A DNA stretch of 64,000 nt from Marinicella sp. (GTDB taxonomy: Bacteria; Pseudomonadota; Gammaproteobacteria; Xanthomonadales; Marinicellaceae): the NCBI GenBank assembly GCA_965230295.1, contig OZ246001.1:1824001-1888000 (forward strand). Reading direction: 5' to 3'. Numbering within the stretch: position 1 is the first letter of the stretch; every line of letters starts with the position of its first letter. This document shows, one piece after another, positions 11,686 through 20,432 of the stretch. Below the pieces are notes generated by a model. It worked only from the letters and a program-made list of their open reading frames with translations. It did not search any database and was not told the DNA's origin. Both the position numbers and the translations under genes were made by a program.

Positions 11686-11990
11686 GTACCTTTCTTCCCT
11701 TCTTTTGCCGTTCCGGCAAAAACCGGCTGCGAAAGGTTTGTTTGATGAGTCAAGCTCTGACTCGCAATGCTCGCCAACCGCTTGACATAGGACAGAAATA
11801 TGATTGCCTTCATTTGACCTTCGGTCAAAAACCGGCTTCCTCGGGTGGCGTTGATGAGCATTGCCCTGAACTGCTCCGCAGTCCAGCCGCTTAGCATGTT
11901 TAAGTACCTCGCTTCCCTTCTTTCATCGTTCCGGCGAAAACCGGCTGCGCTTGTTTTCTTTAATGAGCCTGGCTCTGAACGGCTGTTCAG
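11686..11990. repeat. three degenerate tandem units with an exact 109-bp period, each built from short hairpins
   Basis: AACCGGCT begins at 11721, 11830 and 11939. Each copy is preceded by CTTC-stem-TTC-stem and followed by T(G/A)ATGAG-N7-CTGA. Confidence 0.8.
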
Positions 11991-12081
11991 TTCAACAGTC
12001 CGATGATTCGAACTCCTGAATGTATGCTTCTTCTGTTCCTGAGAAATGTCATCTAATGGTAAATCACGCAAACCACCGCCC

Positions 12082-12111
12082 GTCATTGCCCGGCTTGACC
12101 GGGCAATCCAT
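12082..12111. repeat. REP-like palindrome GTCATTGCCCGGCTTGACCGGGCAATCCAT
   Basis: Stem ATTGCCCGG/CCGGGCAAT with GTCA...CCA flanks. It resembles the widespread GTCATT...ATCCA proteobacterial REP class. Confidence 0.65.
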
Positions 12112-12268
12112 AGGTCAGGAAAAGGAAGTATTGCGATTTGTCTGAAGCACAAGAAGCGATACTGGAGTTCCATAGGCCGTGAAGCGGGTTCGAACGCAGT
12201 TCGAAATTCAGCCAACTGCTGATCAATAACTGTTGTGGCTTTTGGAGTCATCATTTCTTCCGGACCAA

Positions 12269-12302
12269 TAAAAAAAGCAGTTTCTTGTGGGAAACTGCTT
12301 TG
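12269..12302 (-). terminator. intrinsic terminator downstream of hfq
   Basis: The minus strand reads AAAGCAGTTTC-CCACAA-GAAACTGCTTTTTTT. Confidence 0.85.
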
Positions 12303-12326
12303 AACAAGTTGCTTTTGTGATTGCGT

Positions 12327-12566
12327 TCAGTCTTCGCCATCCTGTTGGATTTTATAAGTACTGACATTCTTCGCCGGCACAATGGTCGATATGGCGTGTT
12401 TATACACCAACTGGTTGGTGGTGTTGTTCAACACGATCACGAATTGATCAAATGATTCAACAGTGCCTTGCAATTTAATGCCGTTCATAAGAAAAACAGA
12501 TACTGGAATGCGGTCTTTGCGCAATGCATTCAAGAATGGGTCCTGTAAAGTTTGTGATTTAGACAT
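12327..12566 (-). CDS. hfq: RNA chaperone Hfq
   Basis: [17 protein letters not shown]...NGIKLQG..ESFDQFV...[13 protein letters not shown]. The likely start is ATG at 12566. Confidence 0.98.
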   Translation of the reverse strand: MSKSQTLQDPFLNALRKDRIPVSVFLMNGIKLQGTVESFDQFVIVLNNTTNQLVYKHAISTIVPAKNVSTYKIQQDGED

Positions 12567-12743
12567 GGTGGTTACCTTACTCTTATTATTATATGGGTGT
12601 ATTTTAGCACAAGCGTGATTTTTATCAGTAATTTCCAACATTAACTTGATTGAAAAGGGTAGATAAAAACAACTTTGAAAATAAAATCTTGACCATTAGA
12701 CTGAGTAAGTATTCTAAAGTTTAGAAGTTATTTAACAAAAATA

Positions 12744-13344
12744 AGGAATGTTCTTGGGGCTCCATTCTGGTTCATGGTCTGACAGGTCTTCATATTTGCT
12801 GCGCAAATAAACCGACCTTTACAGACTATTGTCTGAGCAGTTGCTTCGCACTGCATGTCTGTTCTAGACAAAAGTGAAAACGACCGCGGCGAACATGACA
12901 TACTACCTCGCACGCACTGCGGCATTCAAATCGGGCTTCTTTATCTTCGATAAAACCGCCCAACTTTCATTGCCTGTGCTATAACGCCATTCACATAAGG
13001 CTTCTTGACTTCGTCAAATCGCCATATGCTCATTGGCTATTCTCTTCGCCTCTGATTGGCTTACATGGAAGTAAGTCCTCTGAGGAGGCAGGATGCCGGT
13101 ATCAGAGGTGACTACATGGATGTAGGTCTGCCGCGATAGCTAGGAGCGATAGCGGCCGCAACATCAATTGCTCACGGCTTATCACTCATTTCATCAAGGC
13201 TTATTGACTTCGTCAAACCGCCATGATTACATTCACGCGCTACGGCATTCTAGGTAGGCTTCTTCATCTTCGATGAAACCGCCAACCTTTCATCACCTGC
13301 GCTGCCTAACCGGCTCGGCGGGTCAAGCTGCTCAACAGCTTTCC
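12744..13344. mobile_element. non-autonomous palindromic (MITE-like) element, copy 1
   Basis: 12744-12884 matches 38577-38717 (141 bp, 2 mismatches by eye). 12885-12980 and 13234-13344 match 38815-38951. It has no coding capacity and consists of nested hairpins. Confidence 0.75.
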
Positions 13345-13384
13345 AGCGCAGAAAAAATAATAAAATCAATAAATCCATAGGGTT

Positions 13385-13393
13385 TGCTATAAT
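13385..13393 (+). promoter_or_regulatory. extended -10 promoter element (TGcTATAAT)
   Basis: Perfect TGnTATAAT about 28 bp upstream of the 2OG oxygenase start. Confidence 0.55.
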
Positions 13394-13420
13394 TCAGTTC
13401 GTTGAATTACCTATGGAATC

Positions 13421-14476
13421 GTGATGATATCGGATTATCTGAACCCAACAAGTATTGAGCAAGTCGAAGAGTTTAAGCGTTCATTTGCCAGTAACAAGCC
13501 CTTTAAACATTTGGTAATGGATGAGTTCTTTAAACCTGAGTTCGCGGAAAAAATGCTCCAAGAGTTTCCTCAGTTTGAAACAGAACTGGCGATGAACGAA
13601 AACGGCGAGGTTGGTAGAAAAGCGGTACATGAGAAAGTCTCAGGAATTGGGCCTACTTATCAAAAGTTGGATACTCTGGCCAAAAGTGATGAATTCCTTA
13701 AGTGGGTTGAATAAGTCACAGGAATTGAGCATTTAATTTATGACCCCTATTATTTTGGTGGAGGTACTCACAATAATTTATCTGGTCAAGATTTAGACCC
13801 GCATGTGGACTTTACCCACCATCCAATGACCGGACATCATCGCAGACTCAATTTAATCGTCTATTTGAACAAAGAATGGGATAAAAGTTGGGGCGGTAAC
13901 ATTGAATTTCATAAAAATCCAAGATTAGAACCTGAGCACGACGAAATTATCAGCGTTAAACCCTTGTTCAATAGAGCGGTGATTTTTGAGACCAACAACA
14001 TTTCATGGCATGGCTTTCCACGAATTGAATTACCTGAAACTAAAAAAGACCTCTCGCGGAAGTCATTCGCTTTGTATTACTATACAGATCAGCGTGATCA
14101 GCAAATAAAACCGCATTCTACGATTTATGTCGAAAGACATTTACCTACCAGGTATGAAGCGGGAATGACGATAGAAGCCGAAGATATTCAGGAAATTAAA
14201 ACCTTGTTGGCACGCAGGGATCAACACTTAGAAAGGCTTTACAACAACATCACCCATTTGATGACTGAAACCAGGGACTTGAAATGGAGTCTTAATCAAG
14301 CCCAACAAGCGCATCAAGAACCTATTGAGAACAATCAAAAAAAAGCAGAAATGGATGCAGGTGAACATGACCAGCAGATGTTGATCAATCGCATTCATGA
14401 ATTAGAAAACTCAACTTCATGGAAAGTCACGGCCCCTTTTAGAAAAATAAAGAAAATGTTTTCCAAAAGTGGCTGA
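13421..14476 (+). pseudogene. 2OG-Fe(II) oxygenase with C-terminal coiled coil, interrupted by an in-frame TAA at 13712-13714
   Basis: ORFs 13421-13714 and 13805-14476 are in the same frame. The codons between them read VTGIEHLIYDPYYFGGGTHNNLSGQDLDPHVD, which includes the HxD motif. Later motifs are RRLNLIVYLN, SWHG and RKSFALYYY. Confidence 0.85.
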
Positions 14477-14519
14477 TTGATAAACCCCACAATTAACAGG
14501 CCTTACAATTTTTTTGGTC

Positions 14520-17500
14520 TTATTGTAGTTGCACTTTGAATTTCGTTAAAAACAAGGATAATTTTCTCACATCAGAACTGTTTTCAAGTTCGGATGGAGC
14601 AGTGGCTTTGGGCATTTTCAGCATGATGCTGACGGGGTCATTGTTGGCTGACTCTGGAAGTTCGGTATTAACTCTTAAGTGGTAACTTCTACGCTCTACC
14701 AGCTCGAACTGTTCAATGACTTTGTTGTTAACGGAAACCTCAATACTTTGTTGCTCAAGTAAGCCCTGACGAATGAATGGACTGGCGCTGATGTCTATGG
14801 TCAATTGTGTTTGGTTTTTTGGCGTAGGCAAAACCACAAAGATTTGTTTGCCCACCCAGCGCGTGTGATCATGAATGGTGTACCAGTCTCCTGCTAAATA
14901 TGGGGCTGACTCTTCAAGCAAAGCGTCAACGGGAGAGCTGAGGGTACTTTGAATGGCTTGTTTGCGCAAATCGGTCAGCATACTTTCACTGTTTTTGATG
15001 ATGCTGCGGTTGTGACTGCTGTTAAATGCTTGATATAGGTGTTGATAGTTGGCATCGGCATAATAGTTGAGTTCAGAAATCAGCCCATCACCATCGTTGG
15101 CAAAAAGCCTCAGTTGATGTTGCTGGATGCTGGGAACTTGTCCGATGGGCAGGGTGATTTGGTAGCCGGCGTTGGTCAACTCTTGTAAGCCATACTGACC
15201 CAATAAATAAGGCTTCTTCATGCCCGTGGCAACGGTCGCGACCAGTTGATTATCGACAAAAAGATAGATTTCTTTTGCAGGTTTTCCGGTGATGGTGTTG
15301 CCAGCCCAGCCATCAATCAAGTATGCAGCATCATTGTTGGTCATTCTTAATGTGGCAGTACCAAACATTGTACTGTCGTTGTCTATCTTGACCGGGTCTT
15401 CAGAATCAAATCTAATGTGGTTCTCTGTTTGGGATAAGGTGGCTTGATTGATTTGTGAGCTCAATAATTCATCAACCACAAATGAATTGTTTGTCATCTG
15501 GTTGACGGCAAAAAAACGCATATTCAGTTTGGTTATGTGACCTTGTTTGTACAGTTTCTCTGGATCAATCAAGCCAGCACATTCTTTCGGTGCGTGTTGA
15601 AACATGATGCAATGACTGATGATTTGGCCATTGAGTGAAACCAATATTTCATTCACATCATCATCTAATAAGTGTTGTAAGCGGTAATAGACAGGGACAT
15701 ATTGTCCATTTGGATCCAAGGCTTGGCTGTATAGATTGGCATTCAGTAACTTGATCGCATTGGTTTTGACCTCTTGCACATCCAAAGCGGAAACGGGCTT
15801 TTCATAGAAGGTTTGGTTTCTTTGGGTTTGATAAATGCCAGTCCATCCATCTCCAGGAAATAACTCGGTTTGACGTTGTAATTGTTGGTCATACAAAACT
15901 GAATAATTACCAGTCAAGGGTGTGAGAACACGGCCTTCTTGCACCATATCTAACGGTTCTTTCCTGAATTCTTCGCTCCTTAGGCTCATGCCATCTGATA
16001 ACGTATCCTCCATCGGAACACGAAAAACATCAAGGATGGTAGGAAGCAGGTCGAAGTTGTTGGCCTCTCTCATGTCCACAGCACCTGTTTTTTGGTTGGG
16101 GTACTTAACTATTAAGGGAATGGCAGCAATCGCAGCAATGTTATCTTGATGAGCAAAGCGTCTAGATTGGCCAGCGATGAAAGCTGATCCATGGTCGGCC
16201 ACCACTGCGATCATGGCTTGTTCATATAAACCCAATTCTTTGATTCGGTCGGTGGTTTTTTTGATCAAGGCATCCGTTGCACCGACTTGTAACAAATGCT
16301 TGCGCCAAGCAAGCTCAGTGGCCCAGGGATCATCCAACCATTGGTGGGCAACGGAAGCTTTGGGGTCATTCTTATCGAGTTGTCCTGGTGTACCTTCAGG
16401 TTCGTAAAAACCATATAACTTCAAATCAGGCAACATGTTCCAAGGCGCATGGGGTAGCAAAATATGGAGAAAATGAACGGTATTTTTTGGGTGTTTTTCA
16501 AATGAGGCAATAAAGTCGTTAAACGTTTCCTGGCGTTCAGAAAAGGTGGCGGTGGCCTTTTCTTCTTTAAACTCTTGTAAATAACCAATCCAACGATCAT
16601 TGATCGCCGGCAACTTTTTCCTGATGTTGGTTGGTGAAATGCGATGCAAATAAATAACGGCGGTGTCCTCGATCAACAATTGTGTCATGTCTGCGGCATT
16701 TTCTTGGCACAGGTGAGGAGGACAAAGGCTGGTGAAGCTTTCTACCGCATTGATTTGGTGTGAAGCGGACAATAAACTGAATAAGTTATTCGGAAATTGC
16801 TCATAGGTACCCACCTTGCCATGATAATCAATTGGATTTTCACCAGTCAGGATCGCGGGTAAAGCCAAATTAGTGGCACTTGAGATGGTTTTGGCATTGG
16901 GGTACCAAGTGGCGTCTTGGGCCAATTCTGCAAATGCTGGAAAGCGGGTTTCATCGATTTCTTTGTGGTTGTTTTGAATCGATTGTAAAGGAAACTCATC
17001 CAATACAATCACAAACAAGGGGAACTGGGCATCAGAGCCGCCTTGAATGGTATTTGAGTCTTGAACAAACTTGGGCAACAGTTGATTGGCTGCAGAAAAA
17101 AACAGGAATTGGCCCATGAAGATCAAGACCACCGGAGACAGCCACAAAGCGACGGTTTTGAATAGATCTGTTCGCAGGATTAAAAAAAGCAATGTGGCAG
17201 CAATCAACAGAGCAATGGCAACCGCTGGAAAAGATTGCATGTTATTAAAAAAAGGCAGGAAAAACAGCGCCAGTAATAAAGTCGAAAGGGCCCTGGCGAA
17301 CCATTCTTTAAAAGTGTCAGAAAGCCAGCCTGTTATAACTGTGGTTAGCCACATCAGTAACGGAGGTATAAAACTCAAGGTCAAGGTTGATAAGATTAAT
17401 GACCAACCACGCACATCGTGTGCCACCAAAAATGTGGGCCCATTACCCAGCATACTCATGATGGGTTGAACCACAGCCAAAGACCAAATCACTGTTAGAA

Positions 17501-17567
17501 AAAGAAACAACAGGAGGTTGTTTGAGGTGATTTTATCGGTTTTTTTGTTTGGTTGTTGCGGGTTCAT
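14520..17567 (-). CDS. membrane-anchored sulfatase/LtaS-fold transferase with periplasmic beta-sandwich domains
   Basis: About 5 N-terminal TM helices. Motifs IVLDEF, SATNLALPAILTG (Thr where sulfatases have Cys/Ser), HILLPHAP and ADHG. Confidence 0.75.
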   Translation of the reverse strand: MNPQQPNKKTDKITSNNLLLFLFLTVIWSLAVVQPIMSMLGNGPTFLVAHDVRGWSLILSTLTLSFIPPLLMWLTTVITGWLSDTFKEWFARALSTLLLALFFLPFFNNMQSFPAVAIALLIAATLLFLILRTDLFKTVALWLSPVVLIFMGQFLFFSAANQLLPKFVQDSNTIQGGSDAQFPLFVIVLDEFPLQSIQNNHKEIDETRFPAFAELAQDATWYPNAKTISSATNLALPAILTGENPIDYHGKVGTYEQFPNNLFSLLSASHQINAVESFTSLCPPHLCQENAADMTQLLIEDTAVIYLHRISPTNIRKKLPAINDRWIGYLQEFKEEKATATFSERQETFNDFIASFEKHPKNTVHFLHILLPHAPWNMLPDLKLYGFYEPEGTPGQLDKNDPKASVAHQWLDDPWATELAWRKHLLQVGATDALIKKTTDRIKELGLYEQAMIAVVADHGSAFIAGQSRRFAHQDNIAAIAAIPLIVKYPNQKTGAVDMREANNFDLLPTILDVFRVPMEDTLSDGMSLRSEEFRKEPLDMVQEGRVLTPLTGNYSVLYDQQLQRQTELFPGDGWTGIYQTQRNQTFYEKPVSALDVQEVKTNAIKLLNANLYSQALDPNGQYVPVYYRLQHLLDDDVNEILVSLNGQIISHCIMFQHAPKECAGLIDPEKLYKQGHITKLNMRFFAVNQMTNNSFVVDELLSSQINQATLSQTENHIRFDSEDPVKIDNDSTMFGTATLRMTNNDAAYLIDGWAGNTITGKPAKEIYLFVDNQLVATVATGMKKPYLLGQYGLQELTNAGYQITLPIGQVPSIQQHQLRLFANDGDGLISELNYYADANYQHLYQAFNSSHNRSIIKNSESMLTDLRKQAIQSTLSSPVDALLEESAPYLAGDWYTIHDHTRWVGKQIFVVLPTPKNQTQLTIDISASPFIRQGLLEQQSIEVSVNNKVIEQFELVERRSYHLRVNTELPESANNDPVSIMLKMPKATAPSELENSSDVRKLSLFLTKFKVQLQ

Positions 17568-17650
17568 TGATGTTTGTTTATGTTGGGCGCTGGGGTGACA
17601 AGTTTAACAGCAATTTTCTGGATATAAATGGTTTTTGAACAATCATGGAT

Positions 17651-20266
17651 TCAGTTAAGTTGATCGGTATTGATGACTTCAAAGCTTTTCAATTCGATGC
17701 CAAATTTCCGCCTGTCTTTGCTGTCAGAAACAGCAGAAGGTGAAGTGGTGGTGTTGGTTTGAAATTTAAGTTCGATGAGGTTTTGTTGTTCGTTGGTAAT
17801 AGCGGGGCAATCAGCGTGATATTTTCTGCCACCCCTGTCTGACTCTTCAAAAACATCCAAATTCAGCGGAATGCCATTCATGTAAACCTGAAGTTGATCC
17901 GGGTCTACATGGGTATAGAATCTCAGGATATTGATGCGAACGGATTTGTTGTGACAGAAGTTTTTGGGCGCTTTGAACAGCAAAGAGGATTGTCTTTTTC
18001 CTGTCCATCTACCCAAATGCTTGGCCGCCCAAAAACCTTCAGGGTGAAATTTTTCAATGTCTTTTGAAAAATCCACTCCGAAGATTCCATCAGAACCGTC
18101 TAGACTTGCAATGTTGAAATTGGAGATTTTTAGTTTTGAAAGGTAGAGCTCATGGTCGTTGTTCATCTGCTGACCTTCAATTTTTATGCTTAACTCTTTG
18201 GAGTTTGATAGACCTGCTATGAATGGAACCAGATAGGTTAATTTTTTGTTGACCACTTTAATGAGAGCCCATTCTTTGTTATCGATACTTATGGTCACAT
18301 CGGTCAAATCTGTCATTGATAGCAATTCAATTTCAAGTTGAAAGCCGCCATTGTTATTCAGGGGCTGATCAAGCGGTAAGTTGAGAAGGAATTGTTGGTG
18401 GATCGATTGTATGCTGGAGTGGAGTAGTTGGTGGTTATCTGCCACCAGGAACTGATTCTGATAATCAGCATCAGCCTTCAAGTCTGCTCCAAACCTGACT
18501 GTTTTGTTCAATTGGTATTTGTCTACACTTTGAGGCATTTGTTCTTGGGCAGATAATATGCCAAGCCGGTTCCAGGACGTTTCGTCGTATACATGGCCTG
18601 TTATGTTGAACACCCTGAAGTCTTCCAGGTATTTAGAATCAAAGCCAGTAAAATTGTAGTAATAAAACGGCCTCTCTCTGGGTTGATTGTCTCTGAGTTC
18701 GTTGATTTCGATTCCAGGGGCATCCAAATTTTGATCACTGAACGATGCCAAGGTGGGCATGATGTCTAACAAAGAAACAGGCTTGGCAGAGAGTTCAAAA
18801 GGGTTGTTATCACCAAATCCCTTTACCAGTAACAGTGGCTTTCCAGAAGCCATTTCTTTACCCAATTCGTTGATGTAGGTGAATTCACCTTGAGCGGAGT
18901 TGTACTTCAGTCTCGTATATTCACCACCACCATGGTCTGCAGCTATGATGATGGCAGATTGATCATAAATGCCTAATTTTTCAAACTCTTTTAAATAGCT
19001 GATCATCAATTTTAAACTGGCATAAGCATAGTCTTGATAAGCTTGAAAAGAGCCGCTTTTAGGTACGGGGCGCAAGTTCCTGTCCAAGGTAAAAGGGCTG
19101 TGTGGCATCAACAGATGATAGAATCTGAAGGTGGGGTTGATGGAGTCTGTGTCTGCGTGTGTTTTGAGATTTTCTAAAAAGTTAATGCCCCGATGTTTAT
19201 TGACTTTTGGTAATTTTTTTGGCGCCTCTTTGTCTGCAGGGATCAATTGTTGATTTTCAATGTATTCAATCACGGCATTTTTGACTAAAAAATCACCTTC
19301 ATTAAAAATCACCGGCTTTAACGAATGGGGGGACGATCTGAACAGCGATAAATCCAGTGCCTGCAAATAGTTTTCAACTTTTTCAAGGGGTTCAATGTTG
19401 TCGATGAAATTACTCATGATCTCACCGTTAACAGGAATCAGGTTTTTTTTGTAAGGATACAGGCCAACATCCCAGTCATCGTCAATTAAATCGGTCAATA
19501 ATGAGTCATCATAAACATCTTTCAAAAAGGTTTGAATGGGTTGTTCTTTTTGATAAACCTGGCCGGTCAGCAGCATGGGAACGGTCGGATAGGTTTTTGA
19601 AAAAACAGCAGTTGTATCTGGATAAAATGTAAATCCTGGCAAGAGGTTGGTCAATTCCGGCTCTTGATCAATGATGTGCCAAAACAGGTCTGATTGAAAG
19701 CCATCCAAAATAAACAGCATGACATTTTTATCTTTTGAAAATTTAAACTTGTTATTTTCAGTGATTGAATAGGGATTTAAAGTTGCTTCATGATCAATAG
19801 ATGTCAAGGCAAGCAAAAATACCAGAGTGGATGCAGTTGTTGAAAACATCAATAAAACTGAAGTGTGTTTTACGATCTTTTTTCGAAAGAAAATCAAGGC
19901 AGTCAGTGCAGCAAGCCACACACTCAAGTCAACCCATTGACTGTTGGTGTGATTTGAGAAATCAATACCATCGCCTTGCAATATGCCATAATCCCAAACC
20001 AAGATATTCTGCTGGATAAAAATCAGCACATTAAGTAACACAAACAAAGGTAACAGGAACTGGCGCAAGATCCCGGGGATGACCATTGCCAGCAAACCAG
20101 AACAGAAAAAAATGGTTGCTAAGATATACAGGTATATGAAGACTGATTCAGTCAAGGGAACACTGAAATTAAATTGATTACTGAGCCAAATAACAACGGG
20201 AAAGAAAATCAGTATTTGAATCAAAGCAACTGATACGGCTATGAACAAAAGCAGCCTTTCTTTCAT
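17651..20266 (-). CDS. membrane-anchored sulfatase/LtaS-fold transferase (paralog)
   Basis: N-terminal TM helices. Motifs FILDGFQ, KTYPTVPMLLTG, HLLMPHSP and ADHG. The C-terminal SKDRRKFG resembles SSDVRKLS in the neighbouring gene. Confidence 0.75.
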   Translation of the reverse strand: MKERLLLFIAVSVALIQILIFFPVVIWLSNQFNFSVPLTESVFIYLYILATIFFCSGLLAMVIPGILRQFLLPLFVLLNVLIFIQQNILVWDYGILQGDGIDFSNHTNSQWVDLSVWLAALTALIFFRKKIVKHTSVLLMFSTTASTLVFLLALTSIDHEATLNPYSITENNKFKFSKDKNVMLFILDGFQSDLFWHIIDQEPELTNLLPGFTFYPDTTAVFSKTYPTVPMLLTGQVYQKEQPIQTFLKDVYDDSLLTDLIDDDWDVGLYPYKKNLIPVNGEIMSNFIDNIEPLEKVENYLQALDLSLFRSSPHSLKPVIFNEGDFLVKNAVIEYIENQQLIPADKEAPKKLPKVNKHRGINFLENLKTHADTDSINPTFRFYHLLMPHSPFTLDRNLRPVPKSGSFQAYQDYAYASLKLMISYLKEFEKLGIYDQSAIIIAADHGGGEYTRLKYNSAQGEFTYINELGKEMASGKPLLLVKGFGDNNPFELSAKPVSLLDIMPTLASFSDQNLDAPGIEINELRDNQPRERPFYYYNFTGFDSKYLEDFRVFNITGHVYDETSWNRLGILSAQEQMPQSVDKYQLNKTVRFGADLKADADYQNQFLVADNHQLLHSSIQSIHQQFLLNLPLDQPLNNNGGFQLEIELLSMTDLTDVTISIDNKEWALIKVVNKKLTYLVPFIAGLSNSKELSIKIEGQQMNNDHELYLSKLKISNFNIASLDGSDGIFGVDFSKDIEKFHPEGFWAAKHLGRWTGKRQSSLLFKAPKNFCHNKSVRINILRFYTHVDPDQLQVYMNGIPLNLDVFEESDRGGRKYHADCPAITNEQQNLIELKFQTNTTTSPSAVSDSKDRRKFGIELKSFEVINTDQLN

Positions 20267-20432
20267 GTAAAAACCTTCCTCTGATCAGTTAAACAAATAG
20301 TTTTTTGAGACAATAAAAGGACATGTTGTAATAGTTTCAGCTTTTATGGTCATCAAAGTATCCACGATCAAGCAATTTAACACAGCGACTTGGTTAAGCC
20401 TACTTTTTTAAGTACGATGAATGAACGTAATC

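Noticed and set aside
11743-11767. Hammerhead ribozyme (TGATGAG-stem)
   Set aside because: It lacks the C of CUGANGA and the GAAA after stem II.
11686-11990. CRISPR array
   Set aside because: Only three degenerate units with a 109-bp period, no identical repeats with unique spacers, and no cas genes.
12728-12925. 65-aa ORF, and the related 74-aa and 81-aa ORFs at 38561-39004
   Set aside because: They are translations of the repeat element, and their similarity reflects DNA identity only.
12744-13344. Integron attC cassette array
   Set aside because: No RYYYAAC...GTTRRRY-bounded sites separating ORFs, and no integrase in the window.
13712-13714. Selenocysteine or pyrrolysine recoding
   Set aside because: The stop is TAA, not TGA or TAG, and no SECIS-like hairpin follows.
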